Shown: piece after piece, positions 36,392 through 45,898 of the stretch
Position numbering within the stretch: the first letter of the stretch is position 1
Layout: every line of letters starts with the position of its first letter
Virus record (IMG/VR): IMGVR_UViG_3300032073_005220
Location: 32,001 to 96,000 of that record
Length of the DNA stretch: 64,000 nt
Source of the DNA: a virus
Direction: 5' to 3' (one strand)
Translations under genes and position numbers: made by a program
The notes under the pieces: generated by a model
What the model saw: only the letters and a program-made list of their open reading frames with translations
Databases searched by the model: none
What the model was told of the DNA's origin: nothing

Positions 36392-37317
36392 TGCCAAGAA
36401 TGACCCCAAAAAACTTATATGATGCTTATAGACAAGGATATAACGGATGTCTGTGGGAAGAACACGTTTTCGCAGAACTAATAGATAGCTCAAGATATGG
36501 TTATTTTAAAGACGGGGCTAAAAAAATTAAAGATAGCGGAAAAGGCAAACTGTCAACTCCTTTTATGTCTGTATTAAAATTTGATAAAAATGCATATATA
36601 GAGAGACAAACTACAGGAGATTGTGTGTCTCACGCAACTCGAAACGCATGTGACATAACGAGAGCAGTAGAAATCGACATTAAGGGAGACAAAGAAAGTT
36701 GGATTGCCAGAGGTGCTACTGAAGCTATATATGGATGCAGAGGTCATGGTGGCCAAGGAATGAGCTGTAGTCGTGCAGCTACTTTTGTTACTCAATCCGG
36801 AGGAATATTAGTTAGAAAAAATTATCCTGGTGTTGCTAACTTTTCTAAATACAATGGCTCTATGGGCGCTAAATGGGGCTCCAGAGGTTTACCAGATAAA
36901 GTTATAGACAAAGCAGATGATCATCAAGTAAAAACAGCTTCCCTAATAAGAACTGTTGAAGAAGCTAGAGATGCTTTGGCTAATGGGTATGGATTAAGTG
37001 TTTGTAGTAATTATGGATTTTCCAGCAAAAGAGATAGCAAGGGATTCGCTAGAAAAAGTGGGTCCTGGAATCACGCAATGTCCTGGACGGCCTGTGACGA
37101 TACTGGTAAAGAACCTGCTTTTCTTATACAAAACAGCTGGGGCAAATTTAATAGCGGAGGGCATCCAGAATGGGGTCCAATTCCTGATGGTTCTTTTTTA
37201 ATACATGCTGATGTTGCAGAAGGGATGCTTCGACAAAATGGGGCTTATGCCTTTAGTGATTTTAATGGATTTCCTCCACAGAAACTTCCTGATTATGGCT
37301 TCGGAGATTATTTATGA
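36391..37317 (+). CDS. Papain-like (C1/CA clan) cysteine peptidase
   Basis: Q..GDCVSHA (Cys), WNHAM (His), IQNSWG (Asn). Confidence 0.85.
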   Translation: MPRMTPKNLYDAYRQGYNGCLWEEHVFAELIDSSRYGYFKDGAKKIKDSGKGKLSTPFMSVLKFDKNAYIERQTTGDCVSHATRNACDITRAVEIDIKGDKESWIARGATEAIYGCRGHGGQGMSCSRAATFVTQSGGILVRKNYPGVANFSKYNGSMGAKWGSRGLPDKVIDKADDHQVKTASLIRTVEEARDALANGYGLSVCSNYGFSSKRDSKGFARKSGSWNHAMSWTACDDTGKEPAFLIQNSWGKFNSGGHPEWGPIPDGSFLIHADVAEGMLRQNGAYAFSDFNGFPPQKLPDYGFGDYL

Positions 37318-37475
37318 GACTATTAGATAAGATTGCACTTAACAGTTTAATTAAAACCATTACTAGTTTTATACTAGCTATATTAAAAATGTTTGCCCCA
37401 AGTAAATCTGACAATATAACTCCTAGAGAGAGAAAACGTCCTGTACTTGACTTTCTTAAAAGATGGATGAAATAA
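37314..37475 (+). CDS. 53-aa amphipathic membrane peptide (not in ORF track)
   Basis: MRLLDKIALNSLIKTITSFILAILKMFAPSKSDNITPRERKRPVLDFLKRWMK*; ATGA overlap and GGAG RBS. Confidence 0.65.
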   Translation: MRLLDKIALNSLIKTITSFILAILKMFAPSKSDNITPRERKRPVLDFLKRWMK

Positions 37476-37479
37476 AATT

Positions 37480-37728
37480 ATGAGCAAAATCTTACTTAGT
37501 GCAATTATTAGCTTGCCTTTAATATTCGGTCAGTTTTTCTTTACCAATGTAGTCAACCCACGTTCTTACAGCACAACAGCTATCGTTGCTTTGGTTGGTG
37601 CCAAAATAGCTGCACAAAAAGATGTTGTGAAAAAATACAAAAGAAAAGATTGTCCTGTCTGTAAGGGTAAAGGCTGGTATATCAGTGGTGACGGTATAGC
37701 TAAAATAAGCTGTCAATACTGTGAGTAG
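37480..37728 (+). CDS. Signal/TM protein with a DnaJ-type zinc finger
   Basis: Hydrophobic N-terminus; CPVCKGKG...CQYC. Confidence 0.65.
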   Translation: MSKILLSAIISLPLIFGQFFFTNVVNPRSYSTTAIVALVGAKIAAQKDVVKKYKRKDCPVCKGKGWYISGDGIAKISCQYCE

Positions 37729-37760
37729 TACGGTGTATTTACATTCTGTAAAGCCGTATA
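37729..37760 (+). promoter_or_regulatory. GGTGTA motif inside an imperfect hairpin
   Basis: TACGGT(GTA)TTTACA-TTC-TGTAAA-GCCGTA, upstream of the Ig/Cys-rich block. Confidence 0.5.
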
Positions 37761-37783
37761 ATTCATAAAGGACGATCTCTATA

Positions 37784-38863
37784 ATGTCAGATATACAAAA
37801 AATAGACACTAGTAAGTCTATAGATCATGGTGGACTTACCGTTAGGCATCCATTCGGTGAAGGAGAAGGTCGTGACGCTAAGATATCTAGTCAGGACATC
37901 AAGACTCAAGCAGATAATTTATTAAATAAGTTTAAACCATTAAGAAGGTTTGAAGCAAAGACATTCTCATCCTTGTACTCTATGATGAATGATGGAACTC
38001 TAGGAATATATCAGTCTGACCTACCCTATCCTGGATTATCTAATTTTACATTAAAAACAACAATTGATCTAGGCATTCCTGCATTCTCTCTTAATGCCCA
38101 ACATTATATCTTTAATTATGGAAACTATCAGTACGTTATGTGTCCTGATAGTAATATTAAATATTTAGATTCAGCTTTTAATATAGCTGAAATTGATATT
38201 AATAATAGATTTGACTCTATTTTTGTCAAAGATACCAATACCATATTTTCTGTAATAGATAGAACTGTTTATGAAATTGACTTATCAAATAACACCAGTT
38301 CTGTATATGGAACTCTAGATAGTTCTATAATATATCCAATGTCTTATATTTTATATGACTCGATAAACAATAAATTTGTTGTAATAGATGGAGAAGAAAC
38401 CTCTGACAATATATATGTATTAGATAGTTCTCTAAATATCATTTTTACTATAAATATGACGTCAAGTTATACCGGGAAAATACCTACATGTATATTTGAT
38501 AATAAAAACGGTACTATTTTAATTATTTTACAAAATACAAATTTAGAATCAGAATTGTTAAACCTACAATTAGACTTATCTGATAATAGCATCTCAGAAA
38601 TAAATGCATCAAATATAATTTATAAAAAATATTACTTAGATATATTTAATAAGTATAGTGTGCAAAACGATGGTACGAATTCTGTTATATATGATAACTC
38701 CAACACTTTAGTTTCTTTTCCTGTTAATAAATATCAACATATTCTAAATATCAATCCAGTTACTGATACAATAATTGTGAAGCAGTATGACGGCAAAAAA
38801 TGTGTTTATGCATTAAGCACTATTACCTCTTCTAAACCTCAAAAAATATTAGAATTAGATTAA
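37784..38863 (+). CDS. Beta-rich (propeller-like) putative virion protein
   Basis: Repeating short beta-strand patterns (VYEIDLS, YDSINN, IYVLD, INPVTD). Confidence 0.5.
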   Translation: MSDIQKIDTSKSIDHGGLTVRHPFGEGEGRDAKISSQDIKTQADNLLNKFKPLRRFEAKTFSSLYSMMNDGTLGIYQSDLPYPGLSNFTLKTTIDLGIPAFSLNAQHYIFNYGNYQYVMCPDSNIKYLDSAFNIAEIDINNRFDSIFVKDTNTIFSVIDRTVYEIDLSNNTSSVYGTLDSSIIYPMSYILYDSINNKFVVIDGEETSDNIYVLDSSLNIIFTINMTSSYTGKIPTCIFDNKNGTILIILQNTNLESELLNLQLDLSDNSISEINASNIIYKKYYLDIFNKYSVQNDGTNSVIYDNSNTLVSFPVNKYQHILNINPVTDTIIVKQYDGKKCVYALSTITSSKPQKILELD

Positions 38864-39456
38864 TGAGTAATTTAGTAATAGCACAATCTGGAGTTCAACA
38901 GACACCCACACCCACTCCGAATCGTTCTGCAACACCAACTCCAACACCAAGTGTTACATCTACCCCTATAGTGGTCACCGTTACTCCAACTGCTACATCT
39001 ACAGTAACGCCTACTCCTACTCTTACCAAAACACCAACCCCTACCCCAACAACATCTCCTAGACCAATATCTATATTACATCACCCTCAATCTAAAACAA
39101 TAGACATAGAAGAAAGACAAAATTGGTTTTTTAGAACAACCACAGACAGTGATTCTACTCATTACTATTCTTGGCAATACTCCGACAATGGGGGTTCTGA
39201 TTGGAATTTTATTACTGTAAGCGGAACCGCTAACACTTCTAAAGAATCTAATCCAACGTCTTACTTATTCTTAAATAATCTCACGCCCGCTCAACATAAC
39301 AATCAATACAGATGTCAGATTACTAACGGAGTATTTACTACTGAAACAAATGCGGCCACACTTACAATATTAACAGATATCAATATCACGACACAACCAG
39401 TAAACGCTACTATCTCAAGCAGTGGCACAGCAACATTTTCCATAGGTGCAGAATAA
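38863..39456 (+). CDS. Pro/Thr-repeat plus Ig-like domain protein
   Basis: (TP)n tract; HPQS...YSWQYS..GG..W...YRCQIT; ends in a partial Ig domain. Confidence 0.75.
   Translation: MSNLVIAQSGVQQTPTPTPNRSATPTPTPSVTSTPIVVTVTPTATSTVTPTPTLTKTPTPTPTTSPRPISILHHPQSKTIDIEERQNWFFRTTTDSDSTHYYSWQYSDNGGSDWNFITVSGTANTSKESNPTSYLFLNNLTPAQHNNQYRCQITNGVFTTETNAATLTILTDINITTQPVNATISSSGTATFSIGAE
38902..39060 (+). repeat. Mucin-like Thr-Pro coding repeat
   Basis: TPTPTPNRSATPTPTPSVTSTP...TPTPTPTTSP. Confidence 0.85.
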
Positions 39457-42400
39457 TGTCTATCAATTATCAATGGCAACAATCTAAAGACAACGGAACA
39501 AGCTATGGAAATATCTCAGCTACTGGATCAACTTTACAAATAAACCATATCAAACCCAACCAACACAATTATCTTTATAGGTGTCGAGTTAACAGAGATG
39601 GCAGCAGTAAGTATAGGTACAGCGATCCTGCCAAACTTACAGTTTTATCAGAGATATCTCTTGGTAAATTACCTAGCAATGTTTCTATTGATGACGGAAA
39701 TCTTTCTTTAAGCCCAACTGTTACTGTTAATAGCAGCGCTACAACATCTTTTCAGTGGCAATATTCTGATGATGAAGCTATCAATTATTACGACTTACCA
39801 TCGGCTACAGGATCTGGACTGTCTTTAACTAGTTTATCTAGTGCAAACAATAACTGGCTATATAGACTGCAGGCTAAAAGTTATTATTACTCAGGCATAG
39901 TTAATACGGTTAAATCAAACAATACTCTAGTTCATATCGAAAATGATTTACCTAAACTACAAATATGGAGACAACCTCAGCACTATTATGGAACAGGACA
40001 ACCCGAATTTGAAGTTTTAGTTGCTAGCACAGGATTAAACAGCAACAATATTCCAAATACTTTTTACGATAATTCTGCAACAGATATTACATACGCATGG
40101 GAATATTCTTTTGATGGTCAAAATTGGAGACCAGCAACATATCAATCTAGTGGACAAAATAAAATATACGCGTCAAACAATATAGCTGGTGTTCAATATC
40201 GAGTGAATGTCTCTAAAAGTGGCCACTCGGTAGAGTCAGCATCTGCTTCAATCATACAAGAATTCTGCTTTCCTCCATACTCAAATAATTTTGATGATGA
40301 ATCTAAAATATATAGCATGAATCATTTTGACATCAGAAGCTCTAACGGAAAGACAACTTTAGGACTATTTAGTAATTGTCCTCAAATTCTAGAAACTGCA
40401 GAACGCAGAGCCAATATTAAGATGTTGAGCCTAGAATCTGAAGGAAATAAGTATGATCTAGTTTTTAATATGATTAGAAGTACAGATAGTCTCACAGTAA
40501 AGCCTTACAACTTAGCAATAGAGGATATATCTCTATTTAAAAACAACACAATAATTAAGAAGGCTAGTGTGAATCCAGATTCAATAGAGGATGTAAAAAC
40601 ACCATTCGATCTAAATTATTCATCATATAATAGCACTATAACAATATCACGCCCTGATATTTCTGCTGGTGCTGCTGGCAGGCCATACGGAGACGGGTAT
40701 TGCATAAATCTTGCTAATCCCTTGCACGGTGATAACTTAAATAATATAAATTATAAAAACTTTATTAGCAATTGTATAGCTAAGTCTAGTAGTATACGAT
40801 ATGGGGCTATTAAGGTAGGAGTTACAACTACAGGCAACTCCTCCGTAGATACTGATTTAATATCTAAACTTCCAACTGAATTAAAAATTAAAAATGGAAA
40901 TGACACAATTGTTAACTTAAGGATTAGTTATGAAATAATAGGTAGCGCAAGCGCTATATCAAAAGATACATTAGCAAATATAAATGTAGTAATATTAAAT
41001 CAAGGATACAATTGGTCTTCTAGAAGCTTTACTCAATCAGAACAGGAAGCTTTAAAATATCATGTAAATGACGGAGGAGGATTAATTACATCCGAATGGG
41101 TCTTATGGAATAGTGCTTACGGAAGATTTGACTACCTGAAAGAAGTGTTTGCTGCAGAACCTAGTCGTGACTACCAACTTGAAAATCAAGTGAGATATTA
41201 TAAATATAATTCTAATTTAATTATAAATAACGAGGTTTCAGACGATTTTAAATTCGCCCCTACCAACGTTGCTGGAGGAACAGAAACTACATTTACTAGT
41301 TTCAAAACAGGATCTCAATTATTCTATATCAAAGAACCAAAACCGATTTCTATTATTAATTTAAAACAAGCAAAATTCAATTTGCTAGATTTATTCTATT
41401 TCACAGCACAAGAGGCAGAAAATACAACCAACTCAACTCTTGATGGACTTAATAAGTTTTTTACAGGATCTTTTCATTGGGAAGGCAAAGTATCAAAAAA
41501 TATAAAAATTGGAGGAGCTTTATATTGGATATATAAATCTTTGATTGAATACCACAGAAAAGCTGACGAGGGAGTAGATAAACCCAATTCTGCTTGGTCC
41601 TTAGGCAGAGGTCTTATAGGAGATAAAACCGATGGTATAAATCACATACTTAGCGAGAATGGGTTAAATATATCTGATTTTACATTCAGTAATCTGGAAA
41701 CAATTAAGGAGTCTCCCGAAGAAGAATTAACAGCCAACGACAATTTTTGGAAAGATATGTCTAAATTGTTAAGTTCTTTAAAGCCGTCTAATAGTAATTA
41801 CAGGCATAACAGAGAAGTAGTAACAAACAAATGTAATATAGTACAACAACCAAATTTTAAGTACAAGCCCAACCCTTTGCCGTCAGGAAACATACTAATA
41901 GATTGTTTCGTAACAAATCCTTCAGAACTTCCTATTTCGTATTGTCTGCAAAAAAACAGTGGAAACAATTTTGTTGATATACAACAAGATAGTTTTGTAA
42001 ATAATAGAATAATATTTTCGGGGCTTCAGTCATCTGATCTTGATACTGGAATAAATCATAGGATATTATTCAAAACTTCATATGAATATCCTGAAGGAAC
42101 AGGAACACCTTCAGATTCTTTCCAATTTGTTAGCAGGAAAACAGGTAGACCCAGAAAAGATATTACCGAAGGACTTCAAGACTATTCTCAGAGCACGATA
42201 ACCGATGGTAATGGAGTTTTTGTAAAATTCATCGAATCTAGTGGAGCTAACATACATGATGGTATTTCTTCATCTTCTTTTGGAAATTCAGGAAATATTA
42301 TTAGTTGGCAATATTCTTATGATAATGTTAATTTTTACAATACAACATCTGGCGTTAATGTATCAGGAAGCAGTAGTATTCTAACTTTAGGAAGTGGCAA

Positions 42401-42806
42401 TCACAATAAAAATATTAGATATTCTTTCCATCCTTTAACAAACTTGAAGCATACTGACAGTGTAGGTCAAAATACTCCCATTATTAAATCCATAGCATAT
42501 AGTTCATCAAATAGCTACGACCCTCAAGGAGCCGTGACTTTTAGTTCTAATATAGATAACTATTATACTTCTGGAGGACAGCAGTATTGCAGTATGTCTG
42601 TCTACTTAAATAATACAGGAATTAATACAAATATTAATCCTTCAGATATTACATGGGAACAATACAATTACTCAACGAACTCTTATGATGGCCTGCCCAG
42701 CCTTTCTGGTAATAGGCTCTTTGCTGTCAGCGGAATTAAAGTGTCTTTGATAGACACCTACAAATTTAGAGCCATAATCAACAACAGGATATTTTATCTA
42801 TCATGA
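39456..42806 (+). CDS. Large Ig-like repeat protein (putative virion/adhesion protein)
   Basis: Multiple YQWQ.S.D.G / YR.RV Ig units at both ends; distinct central region. Confidence 0.75.
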   Translation: MSINYQWQQSKDNGTSYGNISATGSTLQINHIKPNQHNYLYRCRVNRDGSSKYRYSDPAKLTVLSEISLGKLPSNVSIDDGNLSLSPTVTVNSSATTSFQWQYSDDEAINYYDLPSATGSGLSLTSLSSANNNWLYRLQAKSYYYSGIVNTVKSNNTLVHIENDLPKLQIWRQPQHYYGTGQPEFEVLVASTGLNSNNIPNTFYDNSATDITYAWEYSFDGQNWRPATYQSSGQNKIYASNNIAGVQYRVNVSKSGHSVESASASIIQEFCFPPYSNNFDDESKIYSMNHFDIRSSNGKTTLGLFSNCPQILETAERRANIKMLSLESEGNKYDLVFNMIRSTDSLTVKPYNLAIEDISLFKNNTIIKKASVNPDSIEDVKTPFDLNYSSYNSTITISRPDISAGAAGRPYGDGYCINLANPLHGDNLNNINYKNFISNCIAKSSSIRYGAIKVGVTTTGNSSVDTDLISKLPTELKIKNGNDTIVNLRISYEIIGSASAISKDTLANINVVILNQGYNWSSRSFTQSEQEALKYHVNDGGGLITSEWVLWNSAYGRFDYLKEVFAAEPSRDYQLENQVRYYKYNSNLIINNEVSDDFKFAPTNVAGGTETTFTSFKTGSQLFYIKEPKPISIINLKQAKFNLLDLFYFTAQEAENTTNSTLDGLNKFFTGSFHWEGKVSKNIKIGGALYWIYKSLIEYHRKADEGVDKPNSAWSLGRGLIGDKTDGINHILSENGLNISDFTFSNLETIKESPEEELTANDNFWKDMSKLLSSLKPSNSNYRHNREVVTNKCNIVQQPNFKYKPNPLPSGNILIDCFVTNPSELPISYCLQKNSGNNFVDIQQDSFVNNRIIFSGLQSSDLDTGINHRILFKTSYEYPEGTGTPSDSFQFVSRKTGRPRKDITEGLQDYSQSTITDGNGVFVKFIESSGANIHDGISSSSFGNSGNIISWQYSYDNVNFYNTTSGVNVSGSSSILTLGSGNHNKNIRYSFHPLTNLKHTDSVGQNTPIIKSIAYSSSNSYDPQGAVTFSSNIDNYYTSGGQQYCSMSVYLNNTGINTNINPSDITWEQYNYSTNSYDGLPSLSGNRLFAVSGIKVSLIDTYKFRAIINNRIFYLS

Positions 42807-45800
42807 CTGCTTTACTTATCAATGTAACTCAACAGCCTGCTCTTTTAAGTTCTTTAGAAAATGTAAAACTGAATACAGATATATATTACGATAATAATAG
42901 ACAAAAAGATTTTTTACAAGAAAATAATACTCTTATTTATGAGTGGTTGTACTCTGTTGATGATGGTAAAACTTTCAGAACACTCAATGAAAATTCTGCT
43001 AATCTTACTATAGATTTAGATACTATTAATATAAATTTTATATACAAACTAAAAATATCTATTGATAGGCCTTCATCAGAGATAGCATCAAATACAGATA
43101 GTTCTACGGGTTTTATTACAAATAAAAGTAATAAATTTTTATTATCTAATCAGGAAAGCGACAATTCTGAAGTTTGGTACAGCAATAATATTAAAATTAA
43201 TCACAGTATAGATATAGCAGATATAATTGTAGATTTTGCTTTGAACGACATTATCGAACAATTAGAAGATCAGATTGATTTTGGTTTAACTTCAGATGCA
43301 ATAGATATCCAAGAAAATGAGTCGTCACAAATTTCTATTATTCCAGATGACGAAACAGCCACGATTGTTGAAGTAGATACAGATGAAACTAGCAGCACAT
43401 TATGGTTTCCGGGTCTAATGGATTGCTATACTCCGGCCACAATGACTAGTTGCGGCATCACCATAAATTATTGTATTTATGAACAGAAAAGTATATTGGT
43501 TGATGGTTTGGGTAATTGTGGCAGCATAAATGACTGTCCAGGAAATGGCTGCGTTCTAGACGGAGGTCCTGTAATTACAGCCAACGGACCTGTCGGCAAT
43601 TGGCTAAATGTTAAGCTGGGAGATTCATATACAGCATGCTGGAAAAATTTTGAGGGTGCCATAGACCCCCAGCAGTGGGACGGACAGAGAAGTAAATCAG
43701 TAGACTCATGCGGCGAACCGATAATAGGTGATTCTCAATATGACTCTTTGGTGCTTTGCGATGACCCTGGTAAGGCATATGCTAGTGCGTATTTCTGCGC
43801 AAATCCGCCTGGTGAAGGCAATATGTCGTGTCCCGGACAAATAGTTAGTAATCGGTGTGACCCAGGTGGAGCAATGAATGACATGCCGTGCTTAGGAACA
43901 TTTCAACGATTGGCTGTTCCCAGTAACAAGTATCGCTGCCACCAAAATAAATACTATTACCCGTCTACCTGCAGGTGTAACGGCAAGATCCTTAGCTCTA
44001 TAGATACAAATCTCGCCACATGTCAAGCAGACCAAGACCAATGCAAAACGGTTGATCCTCCAAATTTATCATATTATTGTAGGGAATTAGGCGTTACTGT
44101 TCCTGTTTTGAGAGAAGTAGATGATGATGGAAATTACACCGGAGTATTGTATGTAAACTTCGGACCAGTTGCCGCACCTCCCGGAACCACAGAAAGTGGT
44201 AGGCTTGGCTGGGCTTTTCCCAAAGTATACACAGCACACTTACAAGGTTCAGCAAAAGGGGCGAATTACTCGCTATCTAAAAGCATTACCTTAACTGTTA
44301 AAAGTAATTCAGGGAAAACATCGAGCGAATGTTCTATTAAGACACTAACAGCTGCTAGCGATCCCTGGGGAGGTTGTATTGAAGCGGGTAATTGTTATGA
44401 ACATGATGACATACCTAAAACACTGCGTTGTTTTGCTAGTGATAAGTATTACAAAATTCAAGGATTAGGAAATAAAACCTTTAGCTGCTGGACAGAATGT
44501 AACAAATTTACCCCAGCAACGGCAACGGTGCCTGCGTTTAGAATTTATCCTGTAACCACCAGACCTGAAAGTTTGTATGGGTTATTATCATTAGCAGAAG
44601 CAGAAGCTAAACTAGAAAAAGATAATAAAGGTAAGGCTTATGCTGTAAGAAGGGACACTCTAAGACCAGGTTTTGGGTCAACATGCGTAGAAAGTTGTAA
44701 AAACTCTAAGGGATTTCCTAGTAAAAACTCCACAAGATTCTCCACTAATGGAGGTATAGTACAAGGATCTCTTGGGTTGGTTAATCCGTGCGTGAAATGT
44801 GGTTGCAAAGAAGATAAAGATTGTGGTGGATGCGGCGTATGTATGGATGGAGAGTGCATAGAATATCCTAATGACAATCCTAATTCGGCAGCGGTCCATC
44901 CTTGTGAAGCAGCAGCGAAAGGTGGAGGTACAGTATCATGTTGTGTTGGTTACGATGCTTTAGGAAAGAAAATAGTTAGCTGTGCTAAGTCGAAATATTG
45001 CGAAACTTGTCAAGATCCGCAAGTTGATGATCAAAGTATTCCAACAGGTGCTATTGTCGGTACTGTTGCTAGAGTAAGTTTTGACTCAAATGATCCTGCA
45101 AAAGATTGTTGTAATGGAGTAGTTTATGACCCTAGATGCCAAATTTGTGATGTTTCTACAGTTAGGCCTAAATGTAGACCTCCTGAAGAATGTAGATTAA
45201 CAGGAGACACTACTACTTGGGTTGATGAGGATGGATTTGAACAACAGTCTGACAATTATCATTGTATAATTCCTCCGTGCCCTCCTTGTCAAATAGAAGC
45301 TGATGATTATGACACAACAGGAAATTGCATAAGTTATAACGACACTCCAGAGGCTAAACAAAATTGTGAAGAATGTGAACCAATAGATAATCCCGATTAT
45401 CCTGGCGATAGCGATGAGCCTCTAATTCCAAATTTTTATTCTACACTAGACGAAGGACAGACATGCTGCCAAACAGGAGCAACTACCTTTGTTCCGTGCT
45501 CAAACTGTTGTGCTGATTCAGAAACAGGCTACAATACCTGTTGTCCTGGTGCAGACGACACTTGCTGCGACGGAGCTTGTTACGCAACAGTTGCCGGCAG
45601 AACTATCTGTTGTAACGGAAAAGAAGCCGCTTTTGGGGATGCTTGTAATCTTTGTAGCTTTGACGAATTCGGACAACAGGAAAGTAAATGCGATACTTAT
45701 TATAGTTGTTGCAGTAAAACTGTATCTGGAGTAGAATTTTTTACAGGGTGCTACAGCAATACCTACTGTGACTGTGAAACATGTAGCGGCGGAGAAGTAG

Positions 45801-45877
45801 TAACGGTTGAATCAGACGATCCAGATGATTGCTGTTACGCTGGTGCAGCTCCTCAGTCTATTTTCTATGAACCATAA
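42803..45877 (+). CDS. Ig-like N-terminus plus acidic linker plus Cys-rich protein
   Basis: VTQQP..YEWLYS.DDG; about 75 Cys (my count) in the C-terminal ~820 aa. Confidence 0.75.
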   Translation: MTALLINVTQQPALLSSLENVKLNTDIYYDNNRQKDFLQENNTLIYEWLYSVDDGKTFRTLNENSANLTIDLDTININFIYKLKISIDRPSSEIASNTDSSTGFITNKSNKFLLSNQESDNSEVWYSNNIKINHSIDIADIIVDFALNDIIEQLEDQIDFGLTSDAIDIQENESSQISIIPDDETATIVEVDTDETSSTLWFPGLMDCYTPATMTSCGITINYCIYEQKSILVDGLGNCGSINDCPGNGCVLDGGPVITANGPVGNWLNVKLGDSYTACWKNFEGAIDPQQWDGQRSKSVDSCGEPIIGDSQYDSLVLCDDPGKAYASAYFCANPPGEGNMSCPGQIVSNRCDPGGAMNDMPCLGTFQRLAVPSNKYRCHQNKYYYPSTCRCNGKILSSIDTNLATCQADQDQCKTVDPPNLSYYCRELGVTVPVLREVDDDGNYTGVLYVNFGPVAAPPGTTESGRLGWAFPKVYTAHLQGSAKGANYSLSKSITLTVKSNSGKTSSECSIKTLTAASDPWGGCIEAGNCYEHDDIPKTLRCFASDKYYKIQGLGNKTFSCWTECNKFTPATATVPAFRIYPVTTRPESLYGLLSLAEAEAKLEKDNKGKAYAVRRDTLRPGFGSTCVESCKNSKGFPSKNSTRFSTNGGIVQGSLGLVNPCVKCGCKEDKDCGGCGVCMDGECIEYPNDNPNSAAVHPCEAAAKGGGTVSCCVGYDALGKKIVSCAKSKYCETCQDPQVDDQSIPTGAIVGTVARVSFDSNDPAKDCCNGVVYDPRCQICDVSTVRPKCRPPEECRLTGDTTTWVDEDGFEQQSDNYHCIIPPCPPCQIEADDYDTTGNCISYNDTPEAKQNCEECEPIDNPDYPGDSDEPLIPNFYSTLDEGQTCCQTGATTFVPCSNCCADSETGYNTCCPGADDTCCDGACYATVAGRTICCNGKEAAFGDACNLCSFDEFGQQESKCDTYYSCCSKTVSGVEFFTGCYSNTYCDCETCSGGEVVTVESDDPDDCCYAGAAPQSIFYEP

Positions 45878-45898
45878 TAAATCCGGAGATAATTAAAA

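Noticed and set aside
38855-38870. A third split-domain junction at the 37784/38863 TAATG overlap
   Set aside because: No domain visibly continues across it; looks like ordinary translational coupling
42803-45877. Diversity-generating retroelement target
   Set aside because: No reverse transcriptase and no template/variable repeat pair visible in the window
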